Assembly (NCBI RefSeq): GCF_018977255.1
Contig: NW_024704742.1
Span: 21,330,001 to 21,394,000, forward strand
Direction: 5' to 3'
DNA from: Callorhinchus milii
Taxonomy: Eukaryota
Length of the DNA stretch: 64,000 nt
Of this stretch, positions 11,224 to 24,868 are shown piece after piece. Position 1 is the first letter of the stretch. The number at the start of each line of letters is the position of its first letter. The notes beneath the pieces are model-generated. The model made no database searches and had not been told where the DNA came from. It saw nothing but the letters and a program-made list of their open reading frames with translations. The position numbers and the translations under genes are program-made.

Positions 11224-13874
11224 AAGGGAAATTTATCTTCACATCTTCTTAATAAGGAAACGCAAGATGCATTTCACCTCAAAGCTCAGCAACATTTGAT
11301 ATGCTCAGATTCAAGTATTAAATGACATCCCTCTTTCAAGCTGATTGCAGATTGCAGATCTAGACTTCAGATCACAAACAAAGCGAGAAAAAGACCATCT
11401 GTTAATGGTCTTCTCTTTGATCCAGATACCAAACCCTTTCAATGATCTTAATGTTTGTCAATAACTTTGGGTGCAAGCACTAAGTGCCAGGAGAATGTGT
11501 CAACAGCTCTGATCAGATCAGCCATTGCCTGCCTCAATAGAAGATTCTTTGTGCAGAGACAAAATGAGTCTATTCGTTCTTTCCCACATCATCAAGATCT
11601 TCTTTATGCTCTGTACGTGTATTTTCAATACGTTAATTGCTTTGGTTTCACAAAAACAACAACTTGAGTTTTATAATCATCCCCCGTGCAGAATAGCATC
11701 CCAGGAACAGGTGTCTGTTTCACTCAGTTGCTAATACAACCGTTCCCTCTAGATCAGTAAGCTGTGGATTCAAACTCCGTTTAGAGACTTGACATAGTCG
11801 AGGCTGACACTTCAGCACTGGGAGAATACTGCATTGTTGGATGAGATGCTAAACAGAGAGATTTGTACTGAATCATGGTTACAGTCAGCATGTTGCGGTG
11901 ATTCTGTGGAACAACAACATGCAGTTATATAGCGCCCTTCACACTGAACAGCTTCTTGGAGCGCTTAACGTGGTGGAGCCTGACGCCGAGCTGGGGGTGA
12001 CTGTAAGCATGGTTGAAATCATAAAATAACAAGGACACAGAGCTGCAAAACCCCACGCTGAAATTTATGGCATCGACTGTTTATAATTAACCATAAACAA
12101 AATCATGTTAACACAAGAGGATTTATATCACAGATTCCCAATGGAGGCAATAATGTAATCTTTCTCTCGTAGCTTGATGCAACTTAAAACCATTACCTGG
12201 ATTACTGCCTTCTAATCTACTGTGATCTACCTTATACCTCTACACTATTTGGGAATTAGACCCATGATTGGTAAAACATCAGGTTGACTCTTCACCTCTC
12301 TATTTGGTGCAGTACAACACTGCAGACTAAACAATGAGCAGGCACAGTTGGCAATGGAGTGTTTTTTAGGTGGAAGGATTGACAGGACAACTGTAATTAA
12401 GGTACTTGTACTGAAATTCACCTTACAGTCATTGCAGGACTCTCTTATTGTGCCTAAACTTGTTTTAAACAAAATTATGTTTTTTTAAACAAAATATATT
12501 TTTATGATCCTCAACAAATATATTATAATTACAGCATTTGTTAAAGTCAGCCTTGACCTAACTGGGTTTCTGCTGAAGTGTGTACTTGAAGTATGGCGAT
12601 CAGAAACAATCAGATCAGGACACATGTCACCCCCTATCCACAAGCAAGCACTTCAAAGGAATTCACAGAGAAGGATTTTGTATTTGGGAACTAAATCCAC
12701 TAGCTAAATTTCCATCTTGAACATCTACCTTGAACAGCATGCAACTAGAATAACACATTCAGACAGACCCCAGATCAGGTGTAAGAAAAGGTTTCAGCAT
12801 TGTGTTAATAAGTCGACACTGCACACTACAGTGAGATGTCTGTCCAATTCGATGGATTTTAAGTATAATATTCTCTGTATAGTGTAGTACTTTGTCACTT
12901 TCTTCTGTTATCAGGATAATTAAAATAGGCGCTCCAAGTGCACGCACACAGGCACACACCAAACTGCTTCTTACCCCCTCTCGGGCTGTTTGCATTCAGT
13001 ATTCAGAATTTTACAATGATTGATATGTATCCACCTTTGGGCTCACTCTTATCTCTGCTGTAATCTCCTACTGGCACCTGATCTTTCTTTCATTTGTTCC
13101 TTGCCTGTAGGTTTTCTGTGGTTTAAGGAAGGCTTCAATTACTGTCGGAATAATTGTTCCTTAGACGTGCAGCAGCTTTGGCACCACAGTAATTCCAGTA
13201 ATCACAGTGTAGAGCAATGTTACGTATGGAGCTTATAAAACTAAAAAAGTTTTAGTTTGTGGTGAAAACGCAGCATGGCTGTAAATCTTAGTCAAAGAGG
13301 CAGACATTTCTTTCCAATAGAAATTTCTACTTGCTTCTGAAATGTTCTACTGTATTTTTTTAAAAATGTAAGAACTGATGAATTGGCACCATCTGTTTGA
13401 AAATGTGCCTCTCTGGTGTCAAATCAGTTGAAAACCAAGTTGTTTTCTCTTTATTTTCTTTGAGACTAAATGTTTGCTAGTCTGTAACTGTATATTGCAA
13501 CATAAATCTAGTTTTATGATTTATTAGGACCTCAAAGCGATCAAAAGCAAATGAATATGATTAATTAAAGGTCAATAAACAGTGAATAGGTACTTGGCTA
13601 CAACGTAGACATATAACTAATGCTGTAACTATAACTAACTAATTTCAGGCTTTGGTGGATGTACCAGTGTTTGGCACTCACTGGCTTGCCTACTGGCACA
13701 ACTTAAGACAATCTATTCCGGCAGCAAAGCAGGTTACAAAAGTCATCAATAGAAAGAGTTGGAAAAGAAACTTCACAAACTACTGCATCCATCCTTTGCA
13801 AGATCTAGCAGCTCTGCGAGGTGTCAAGGGACTCGCTGAGCTAGATCTGCAAGAGCAGAGAATTGCTGCACTGT

Positions 13875-14195
13875 GGGGCCGGGTGACCAGCCGCACCGCG
13901 GGGCCGGGTGACCAGCCGCACCGCGGGGCCGGGTGACCAGCCGCACCGCGGGGCCGGGTGACCAGCCGCACCGCGGGGCCGGGTGACCAGCCGCACCGCG
14001 GGGCCGGGTGACCAGCCGCACCGCGGGGCCGGGTGACCAGCCGCACCGCCGCACCGCGGGGCCGGGTGACCAGCCGCACCGCGGGGCCGGGTGACCAGCC
14101 GCACCGCGGGGCCGGGTGACCAGCCGCACCGCGGGGCCGGGTGACCAGCCGCACCGCGGGGCCGGGTGACCAGCCGCACCGCGGGGCCGGGTGAC
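13875..14195. repeat. GC-rich minisatellite, 25-bp unit GGGGCCGGGTGACCAGCCGCACCGC x about 12.5
   Basis: Twelve identical units plus a 13-bp partial unit, with one 8-bp slippage duplication (CGCACCGC) at 14050-14057. The unit is 84% GC. Confidence 0.98.
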
Positions 14196-17100
14196 GTGTT
14201 GGGACATTGGATTCTTGCCCCTCAACAAGAATCTCAGTTTTGAAGAACTGTTCTGTTTAGCATTGAGCAGAGACTTTGCAAACAAAGGCAAAACAGGTAT
14301 CCACTGATGACGTGTCCTTCAAACTGTTATAACATGTCAAAACTCATCACTTACTGGGTTTGCCAGCAGCTGAGACTGTGGTCTTGTGCTCTTTAACTTT
14401 GTAATGATAAAGAAGATGTATGAAAGTACAATAGAAATGCGGTGGGGGAGTTTGTTTTGTTCCATTGCTTCAGACTTCTAATGAATGCTCGGTCGGGCGA
14501 CTGAATTTGTCAACATGAGTGAAAGACCGAGTGCAAGTCAGTGAAGTGAAATTCCTCGCCGCTTCTTGTTCATTTCAGGCAGGGAGGGAATAAAAGACTG
14601 TTTGAAGAGATGATCACCTCCTAAAATGTTTACAGCCAGGCCGTGAAAAACAAATCAACTTCAGTTTCCCATTAGAATTCCTTGCCAAAGTCAAAGACGC
14701 CCTTCCCTACCAGCCTCTGTGTAAAGACCTACTCAGTAGTACAGATGTAGGCTCACTCTCTCACACCAAGAAAACCACCAACACTATAGTAGTCAAGCTA
14801 TTCAGATGTTAGCGCACCCTTACTGTTGTAATATTAAACAAATCCACTAAAATCAATGTGAGAATCACAACTTACAATAGAAACATTTCAACACTGTCCT
14901 AGGCCTTCAATTCTCTTTGTCCTTTTGCTAACATGATAACGTTATTTCTACTTAATTTGGATTCATTTTTGACTTTGAAAGATTTCACTTACTGTTCATT
15001 TAATAATAATAGTTCTTATATTTACTTTAGCCTTTTATCACCTTGAAATGTTGTCATAGGCAAACGTGGCAGCCAATTTTGCATACATACAGTCAGGACG
15101 TGAATGATTGATTTAACTGTTGGATTGTTAGCCAGGATACTGGGACAAACTCTCTTTTTTTTGAATAATATCGTGGGTTCTTTAATGTTTACCTGAATAG
15201 GCAGATGGGATCTCATATTAGCAGTTCATTCTGCTGCACAGTATTTCTGACACTGTGTTGGAGTGCCAGTCTAGACCATCAACTCAAAGTCTCGATGTGG
15301 CACTTTAACCCGCAACCTTCTGAACCAGAGGCAAACATGTTACTAACTGAGCCAGACTTCATCCCATTGGCAAATCATCTTTCAATGTTCTGGATCAATG
15401 TGCCAATGACCTTACTTATCTTGTTCCAGTGTTCCCAGGAGCAATCGTGTGAATATATGCAAATTGTTTTGTAAAATCTGATAAAAACCTGAAGGCTCTT
15501 CAATTCACCAAGTGAGAAGATAGAACAAGGTTATCAGCCTGCAGATTATTGAGACAGGTCAACGACAACAACTTGTATATATATAGCGCTCTTCACATGG
15601 GGTAGCATCCTGGAGTGCTTGATGGTCAGGCAGTAGAGACAACCAGAAATGTCAGTTCATGTAAAGCTAATATTTATAACCAATCCCACTATTCAGCAAA
15701 GCAAGGGTGAATTTGTGTTCAGTGGGGTTTTAGCGAGGACAGGAAAAGTTGCCAGAAGAGTTTTCAAGACCAGAATAAGAAGCCATGACCAGCCAATGAC
15801 GAAGCCATGAAAGAGTACCACACATTAAGTTCCTTGGTGTGTGATCACTGTATACCACATGGCAAGTCAGAAAAGAAATGTCACTGTCAATTTTAATCTT
15901 AAACTTCAAAACATAATATTAAAATCAAAATGGTATTACGTACATTGATTCTATTGATGTCTGTACGAACACCCACCCATCCCCCCTTCACTCCTCCCCA
16001 GTAATAATTTTTCTATGAAATATGCAATAGCAAATAAGACCTTAAAGTGCTATATAGAGGTACTATATAAATTTGAATCTGTTGTTGTATGATATTTAAC
16101 ATTGGGAGAATATCTGAGACTGCTTCTCAGGTTTTACAGTAAAGTATAGTTTTACAAACTGTATATTCTGTAGACAAATGCAGCCATCTATTTGTGCACA
16201 GCAATATGCCTTAAACAGCCTTGAAATGAATGACCCTTGTTATCTGGGGAACGTTGGTCATGGCACATGAAGAAACTCCGTTTTCTTTTAGAAACAAGCA
16301 AATGGAACCTCAGTTTGGCCGAAGGATAGTAACTTTGATAATTTCCCCAGCACTATATTGGGGTGTCTACCCAGACTGTGAGTTCAAAGTCCCAATGAGT
16401 TTCTCCATACCCAAGCCAACAATCTCACAGATAAAATGATCATTGACTTCATACCTATTCAGGGAATATTGCTGTGTGCAAATTAGCTGCTGCGTTTACC
16501 TGCCATAGACTAGACTTGACTGCAATTGACAATCGTTTAGAGATATTTTGACGTAAAAAGTACTATGTCAAATGCAAGGATTACTAAACTCTCCTGAAAG
16601 ACATCACAGCAGCAGATATAATTTTCATACTTCAAATGTGACTGCTCTAAGACAATACAAAATGTCACAGGAATGTTCCTAATAAACAGGATTTAACGTA
16701 ATCTTAAACACTCTGCCAAAAAATATCAAGCTTCAAAAACCTTCTCAAACGTATCCCATTTCTTAACAGCTTCGGCGGCAAGCTGCTTAAAAGCTGACCA
16801 GTGTTCCAGAAAGAAGCACCTATCAGATGGACATCAAAGTCCATTTACTTGCGTAAACAATTGAGCCAATAAATAGCTCTTTAAGCATGTGTGCAGTAAC
16901 CAAACAGTAAAAGCTATGATACTTAATGGACTCAAAACAAACTGCTTATTGAAGATATTCAGAGCCTTCCTTATCGGAGAGTGGGCATTTCCTTACATCA
17001 CTCATTTCCTTACATTCAAATGCTTTGATGACCAGACTGACTGAATGAATCTCTTCTCTGTACATCTCCTTATACTCTCCCTTCCTACTTTTTTTAAATT

Positions 17101-17704
17101 TATGAATGCCAGATTTATTTTACTGCTGTCTCACTCACTAACCCTCTCTTGGTATGATAGTCCTGTCTATTCACTTAACTTGAAGTCATGTCCACTTACT
17201 GTGTGTTTTAGGAGACATTAAGATCTGTGTTTGTTCTTCTATATGCGTTGTACCTTCTGTGCTTCACGTGTACTCTCCAATTAAGTAAGTCAGCTAACAA
17301 ATGTTCCCTTGTTCCCCAGTAGGCCGTTTTGTGCTTGGTTCCTTCATATTAAATTACTCAGTGGGAGAGCAGTCAGTCCTTGGTTTTAGATCAGCACAGA
17401 AATGCATACTTAACTGTTTGCACTCTGGCTTAGCCAAGGATGACAAAACCATTCTTCTCTGGCCAGTGCACTCATGTGATGTGTTACCAGGTGGTGCAAT
17501 GTGGGTTATTCCCAATGAGGCTGAGTAAAGCCAAGCTGGCCCATTGCTTCCTCAGAGGGAAGAAAGGAAACAGAGGGTGAGACAACCCAAAGTTGTTCTC
17601 AGTCATCTCCCAGCAAATGTTTCAAAAGCTGCAGCAGCACACCCTGTGTCCTCTGTAGCTGGCAATGGTAGATAAAGTACATGACCTTCAGGTGTACAGA
17701 GAAC

Positions 17705-18192
17705 TGTCCAGACCTTATCTTGTGTATTGTGTTCAGGTTTGGGCACCACACCTCAGGGAAGATGTACTGGAAGACATGCAGTGCAGATTCATTGGAGTAC
17801 CTGAACTGAGAGGGCTGTATTATGAAGAGTGATTGAGCAAACTTAGCTTATATTTGTGCCCAGATGGTTGAGGAGTGATCTGTATAAGGCATTTAAAATG
17901 ATAAAGGGGTTTGATGAGGTGGAAAGAGAGAAACTTCTCCCCCCGCTAGAGAAATCCAGAACGAGAGGACATTACCTTCAAATTAGAGCTAAACTAAATA
18001 GTTTGTAAATGCTGGGTCAATTGAAATATTTTAGGCAGAGGTATATGACTGTTTGGTCAGCAGAAAATCAGGGGATGTGGTGAAAGGGCAAAGAAATGGT
18101 ATTAAGGTAACGATCAGCCATGATCTAAGAAAATGTGGAACAGGCTTGATGGGCTGAATGGTCTACTCCTGTTTGTATTTTCTTACATTCTT
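17705..18192 (+). mobile_element. Older 5'-truncated CR1 fragment (3' end)
   Basis: Degenerate ORF2 C-terminus (tattgtgttcaggtttgggcaccacacctc) and the tail gatcagccatgatc...ggtctactcctg. Confidence 0.8.
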
Positions 18193-18222
18193 CTGAAGCT
18201 GAGACAACAGACTCAGATGTAA

Positions 18223-18238
18223 CCACAAGAGGGCAGCA
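18223..18238 (+). promoter_or_regulatory. Candidate CTCF-binding motif
   Basis: CCACAAGAGGGCAGCA matches the core CCASYAGRKGGCRS except at the Y position. Motif match only. Confidence 0.4.
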
Positions 18239-18639
18239 CCGGCTTTTTAATTCTTAGCACCACTGATTATTAGCTCAGCTTCCTCAGCACGATCCCAGTG
18301 TCAAACCCAGGGACCTTCTTATGCTGCATTTATCATTGGAAATATATTAATCTTTTCCAGCTATCGATCTTGCAGATAGTTCTGAAATATATTTTGGATT
18401 AATAATGTAAAATATGTTACTGCTTATTTTGGGGCTAGATTCTAATAGATTTCTATTCAGTGCTCTATGGGTTTTCAATGCGGTCTTTATTATTTTGCTG
18501 ACAATCTCAGTCTGTGGGATTGATTTTTCACCCACAAAATATAAAGTTAGTTCATTTTACAATATATTCTATGAAGTGGTTTGAGACGTCTTAGCGACGT
18601 GATAAGGCGCTATATAAAGTGCAAGGATTATTATTATTA

Positions 18640-21600
18640 GGATTCGGAGGGCGGAGACAGGACAGCGCGGGGAGGAGCCGAGGTCCAGCAGAGTGTATAA
18701 AGGCCAGCTGAGGAAAACAGTCGCTGATTCGGAGGGCGGAGCAGAGCCTCTGCAGAACAACAACAAGTGACAGTAACGTGACGTCACACTCAAAAGACAG
18801 AACCAAGATAAAAACCGAAAAAGAAACACTTAAATAAAAACCATAATCCAGAGTGAGAGAGAGAGAGGAGAGAATAGCATGGCAGGTGTTGTGCGATGAC
18901 TGCAGTACGTGGGAGTTGATGGAGGGCAACCTGAGTCCGGGCGACTACATCTGCAGCAAGGGTCTGGAACTGGAATCCGAGATGCAGACACTGCACAGCA
19001 TTAGGAAAGGTTTCATCCAGGAGAAAATCACTCCCCTGAGGTAAATGTATAGATCCTGCTACTAGTCAGGGACAGGATAGTCAAGCAGGTAAGGGGACCC
19101 CAGAGAGAGTGGTGGAGAAACCTCAGGCTTTAACCTTGTCCAACAGGTATGAGGTACTTGCGACCTGTGTGGAAAGGAATCTGTAAGGAGGAGGATGGAC
19201 AAAATGACCCCAGCACCTCTATACAGGAGGCCACACAAGTGGGGAGAGCAAAATGGAATGTGGATGTGATAGGGGACGAGACAGTCAGGTGGACAGGCAC
19301 TCTGCAGCCGCAACCAAGAGTCACGAAGGCTCTGTTGCCTTCCTGGCGCCAGGGTTAAGGACATCTCTTCAGGGCTGGAGAAGAATTTGAAGCAGGAAGG
19401 GAATGATCCAATTGTGGTGATCCACATAGGAACCAACAATATAGGTAGGACCAGTAGTGACGACTTAAGGTGTGAGTTCAATGAACTGGGAATGAAATTA
19501 AAAGGAAGAACTTCCAAGGTGATAATCTCTGGATTACTACCTGAGCCACGCTATAGGAACAAACAAATTAAAGAGTTAAACGCGTGGCTGAAAGAGTGGT
19601 GTGGGAGGCAGGGGTTTCGTTTTATGGGCCACTGGCACCAGTATTGGGGGAAAAGGGATCTGTTCCATCGAGATGGGCTCCATCTTAACTGTCCTGGCAA
19701 AACGATTAAATAGGGAGATAGACAGAGCTTTAAACTATTAAGGGGTGTGGGGGAGGGAGGGAGGTTTACAGCTACAGTTAAACATAACCCAGCATTGCAA
19801 GGAACAGTCATGACTGTAGAGCAGAGTAGTGACTTAGGAGATAAAGAACAGACTGTGTCAAGCAGGGACAAAAAGCTCAACAAAAGGAAATAGGGCATTA
19901 ACGTGTAGGGGAAATAGTAAGAGGTCAAAATTAAAGGCGCTATATCTGAATGCACAAAACATTCATAACAAGATAAGACAAATTAAGTGCACACATAGAC
20001 ATAAATAGGTATAACGTAGTGGCTATTACTGAAACGTGGTTACAGGGAGACCAAGGGTGAGAGCTAAACATTCTAAGGTATTCAACGTATAGGAACGATA
20101 GGCAATGTGGAAAACGAGGTGGGGAGGTAGCCCTGCTAATAAAGGATGAGATAAAAACAGTAGAGAGGAAGGATTTTAAATCAGAAAATCAGGATGTAGT
20201 CAGTATGGGTAGAGGTAAGAAACAAGGGGCAGAAAACACTAGTGGAAGTAGTTTATAGACCTCCAAACAACAGTTACAGTATTGGGCAGGGTATTAATCA
20301 GGAAATTAGAGGAGCATGTAGCAAGGGGAATACACTAACAGTGGGTGATTTCAATCTTCATATAGACTGGGAAAACCAAATTGGCAAAGGTAAATTAGAG
20401 GATGAGTTTATAGAATGCATTAGAGGTAGTTTTCTAGAACAGTATGCTGAGGAACCAACCAGGAAACAGGCTATCCTAGATCTTGGTTTGTGTAATGAAA
20501 TAGGGCTAATCAGCAATCTGGAAGTTAAGGCTCCTCTAGGGGAGAGTGACCATAAAATGATGGAATTTAACATTAGGTTAGAGAGTGATATAGTTGAATC
20601 CAAAGCAAGGGTCTTAAATCTAAATAAAGCCAACTTTGCAGGTATAAGAGAAGATTTGGCTAAAATAGACTAGGAAATTAGATTAAAAAATGACAGTAGA
20701 GCAGCAATGGCAAACATTTAAAGATATAATACATAATTCCCAGCGATCACATATTCCCTTGAAAAATAAAAATACTACGGGAAAAGTGATTCAATCTTGG
20801 TAACTAGAGAAGTTAGGGAAAGTATAAAATTAAAAGAAGAGGCCTATAATACTGCCAAAAAGAGCAGTAAACCTGAGGATTGGGAGATCAGCAAATTTAG
20901 AGATCAGCAAAGGAAAACCAAGAAACTGATTAAGAGGGAGAAAATGAAATATGAGAGTAAACTAGCTAGGAACATAAAGGCAGATTGTAAGAGTTTTTAC
21001 AAGTACATAAAGTGGAAGAGACTATCAAAAGTGAATGTGGGAATAAAGAAATGGCAGAGTCATTAAACAAATATTTTGCTTCTGTCTTCATGTTAGAGGA
21101 CACTGAAAACTTACCGAAAATAGATGGGAACCAGGAGGCTAATGTTACTGAGGAACTTAAAGAAATGAACATCAGTTAAGCAATAGTATTAGGAAAATTG
21201 ATAGGATTAAAAAAACGATAAATCCCCTGGACCTAATGGCCTGCATCCTCAGGTTTTAAAAGAGGTGGCTGCAGAGATAATAGATGCTTTGTTTTTGATC
21301 TTCCAAAATTCCCTGGACTCTGGAATGGTTCCCATTGATTGGAAGGTGGCAAACATAACGCCAATATTTAAGAAGGGTGGGAGACAAAAAATGGGGAACT
21401 ATAGACCAGTTAGTCTGACATCGGTGGTAGGGAAAATTCTGGAGTCCTTAAATAGGGACGTCGTCGTGGGGCACTTAGAAAATCATAACATGATTAGGCA
21501 GAGTCAACGTGGCTTTACGAAAGGGAAATCATGTTTAACAAATCTTATAGAATTTTTTGAGGATGTAACTTGCTGCAGTTGTATAAGGCCTTTGTGAGAC

Positions 21601-22151
21601 CGCACCTAGAATATTGTGTGCAGTTTTGGTCTCTTATTTAAGATACTTGCCTTAGAGAGGGTGCAGCATAGATTCACTAGGTTGGTTCCTGGGATGAGGG
21701 GGTTGACCTATGAGGATAGGTTGAGTAAACTAGACCTATATTCTCTAGAATATAGAAGAATTAGAGGTGATCTTATAGAAACCTATAAGATTCTTAAGGG
21801 TCTTGACAGGGTTGATGCCCTGAGACTGTTTCCCCTGGTTGGAGAATCTAAAACTTGGGGTAATAGCCTCAATATTAAGGGTCAACCTTTTCAAACTGAG
21901 TTGAGGAAACATTTCTTCACTCAGAGGGTAGTGAATTTGTGGAATTCTCTACCCCAGAAGGCTGTGGATGCTCAGTCCTTGAACATATTCAAGACTGAGG
22001 TTGATAGATTTCTGAAGGATAGAGGGATTAAGGGATATGGGGATAGGGCGGGTAAATGGAATTAGGTTAGACGATCAGCCATGATCTTATTAAATGGCAG
22101 GGCAGCTCGAGGAGCCGAATGGCCTACTCCTGCTCCTACATCTTATGGTCC
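18640..22151 (+). mobile_element. Near full-length, degenerate CR1-clade LINE with internal deletion of the RT core
   Basis: GC-rich 5' UTR. ORF1 remnants include a Cys-rich N-terminus (CDDCSTWE...YICSK) and SGNH esterase motifs (LPGARVKDI, VVIHIGTNN, DGLHLN). ORF2 shows APE motifs (AITETW, YRPPN, GDFN, SDH), the RT N-terminus (NYRPVSLTSVVGKILE, KSCLTNL) and the C-terminus (FFTQRVVNLWNSLP). The 3' tail is gatcagccatgatc...ggcctactcctgctcc. Multiple frameshifts and stops. Confidence 0.93.
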
Positions 22152-22469
22152 ATTATTTTCAGAAATCGCTGGTCAATCTGAGCAAGAGAGTGAAATAAGT
22201 GAGATTCTCTTCATTGACTCTCTCCTCAGAAACTAACTTCAGTTCTATGCTCTTCTGCACCTACAGCCAGGGGTTATGATGTTAAACTGGTTTAGTACAA
22301 TGTTGGGGTCTAATTCAGAGTATTTTTTTAAAATGGGATTCCTTTAATAAAAAATTTGAGTCACATAAATGGGGTGTCCTTCTGTTACATAGACACATGT
22401 CACACTAACCCACTAAACACTGCTTTGAAGCAATCGACTGAACCTGAGTTCCCAAAGCCAACAGGCATT

Positions 22470-22790
22470 CTACAAAGAATGTACAATACAGAAACAAACC
22501 AATTAGCCCAATCAGTCTGTGCCGGTGTTTATACTCCACATGAGTCTCCACCTATTCCTTACCCCCTTTCATACCCTTCTATTCCCCTCTACCTCATGTG
22601 AAAGTCTACTTTCCTCTTGAATGCTTCTATGCTATCTGATTCAACCACCGCTTCAAGCAGCAAGTTCCACAATCTCACTACTCTCTGTGTGGAGCAGTTC
22701 CTCCTAAATTCTCTTTTTGATCCTCTCGTCACTATCTTATATTTGTGCCCCCTGGTTACAGACTCCTCAACCAGTGGAAACAGCCTAGTT
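22470..22790 (-). mobile_element. CR1-like 3' fragment (second family); related relic at about 40410-40720
   Basis: aagttccacaatctcactactctctgtgtggagcagttcc is the reverse strand of the F-TQRVV-LWN motif. Confidence 0.65.
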
Positions 22791-24868
22791 ATGTTAACTA
22801 ATGGGATTCCTCAGTAAGAAATTCCATTCCAAAATGCCATGAATTAGATCCATTGTCTAGGTAGCATATGTAACATGTTGCTTCATTTGTATGTATGGCC
22901 ATCGTCTCAACAACACACGGCTTGCATTCCTATAATGCCCTTCACATGGCATCACTATAGCATCTTGGAGTACTTAAAGCGGCATTAGTACAGCTGTACT
23001 TTTCTTTGTCAGGCGGGTATCTAACAAATGCGGAAACCTGTCATCAACAGTGCCTTAGAGTGCTGTGGACCTATGTGACTCAGGAACCAAAAACTAAGAT
23101 CACACGGAGGGTCGACTTGATTTGGGTCTTCCATTTCTCAGATATGTCACCTTGCTGAAATTACATGACAGATATTCTTAACAATCACCAGATTGGACTG
23201 AGAACAAGTACTTTTTTCAATGAAACCTTAGGAAAGGGGGTGATGCACATGAAGCACCAAGGATGTGAGGCAAGCACCTTTGGTTTACACAAGTGAAGGT
23301 AGGAGGAGGAGAAAAGTGTGATTGTTTGCGTACATGGGAAGCAAACAAAGAATAACATTTTCACTACAGTGACTGCTTCCAATAAACAGACACTGAAGAG
23401 GTGTGGGAGACTTGAAGAGTGGCTGAACTGCTAAGTAGATTGCCGGAAATAAAAGTGTGGGCTCATGTTCTGTGATGCTCCTTTTAACCTCCACAATTCC
23501 CTCTTTATTTCCTTCTTCCCGTTCTTCAAACTAGATTTTTGTGAACAAGATAGGGATTCCTCTCAATCCCAATAACAGGGTCTCATTGACCCCTGTACAA
23601 GTAAATAGATGTCCATTAAGTTGGCCAGTCATTCCTCATTGTACCAAATCAGGAGAATCCCTTCAGCTAATTGCTGAATTTCATGGCACAGTTAACAGGA
23701 ACCCCTTCATCAGGGACTTTCACCTCAATATCAAGCCACTTTGTCCCTGAAAACATCTTTGCAATCTCCTTAACATTATACAGTGATTTCACTTTCCTGA
23801 ACAGCTACAGTAGACGTGCACTGTACATTGATTTACCCAAGAACTCTAATTTGTCTTGTAAATTGACATTGATAATGATCGCAATGAATTGTGTGTATTG
23901 TGCTCTAGCCTAACTCTGCTTTAAAGTGGGAGTCCACTTAGATATCTAAGTATAATTTAAAGATTAGCTGCATAGAATACTATAAGATCTGCACTCTATG
24001 CTTTGACAACAGAGCTTTTCTTGTCCATGATATTTGGAAGTCGGGATGACAGAGAGATCAGGACAGGTAATCCTGCCCCGTGAATCTGGCTAATAAACTG
24101 TCTGAATTACAAAACTGCTGTGGCACTCATGCAGTGGGGGTAAGAGAGCAAGAGTCGGAGAAAGAGAGAGAGAGAGGATAAATTAAAAATGTGGCCGTCT
24201 TACAGATTGCGGAATTAAACAGTTGGATAATTTAATTGATGCTTCAGTCTGGAGGAAAACTGGGGTAAACAAACACTCCTCTTGCAAACAGGAACATTGC
24301 TGACACTTTGTCATCAGGAAAAGTATCTCCTGACAGGTACTGCGTTTTCTGTTGGGAAACATTCCTTGTTGTTCCTTTTGAAACACCATTAACTTTCTTT
24401 AAATGTTAGCCGTGGCACACACTCACCAGTCAATCATAAGGTGGGACCTGGGATCGATATCCTGAAAATTGCTCCCTGAATCTCCACTCCCATCTGCCAT
24501 ATCAAGCCAGATATTTAGTATAAAAATCTAAAGAAATGAACCTTTTTCCATAGATTTCCTGATCTGCAGGGTTGAAATGTCACTTTTAGACCCAAAAGCT
24601 TAGTTTTTCAGAATGGGGATTCCTTCAGACTACTATTGTCTTGAGGCCACGAGAGAGGGGGAGATGGGAATTTATGTTGCCGATAACTATATAATAAGCA
24701 AGATTTTATAACATATTCCTCATGATAACTATCACAAAGATGTTGTCTTTCTAGTGAGTTGTTAAACCCAGGGTCTGTTCAAGTCGACATTGATGATATA
24801 ATAGCACTGTTCGAAAAGAGTTTTTCTTGGTGTCCTGGCCAACAATCCCCCAAATTAAATTGGACATT

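Noticed and set aside
13875..14195. CRISPR-like array
   Set aside because: The units are directly tandem with no unique spacers, there are no cas genes, and the context is a vertebrate intron.
13780..14291. Three overlapping minus-strand ORFs with repeating peptide (RLVTRPRGAAGHPAPRCGWSPGPAV)
   Set aside because: These arise because a stop-free 25-bp unit cycles through all three frames. There is no splice or coding evidence.
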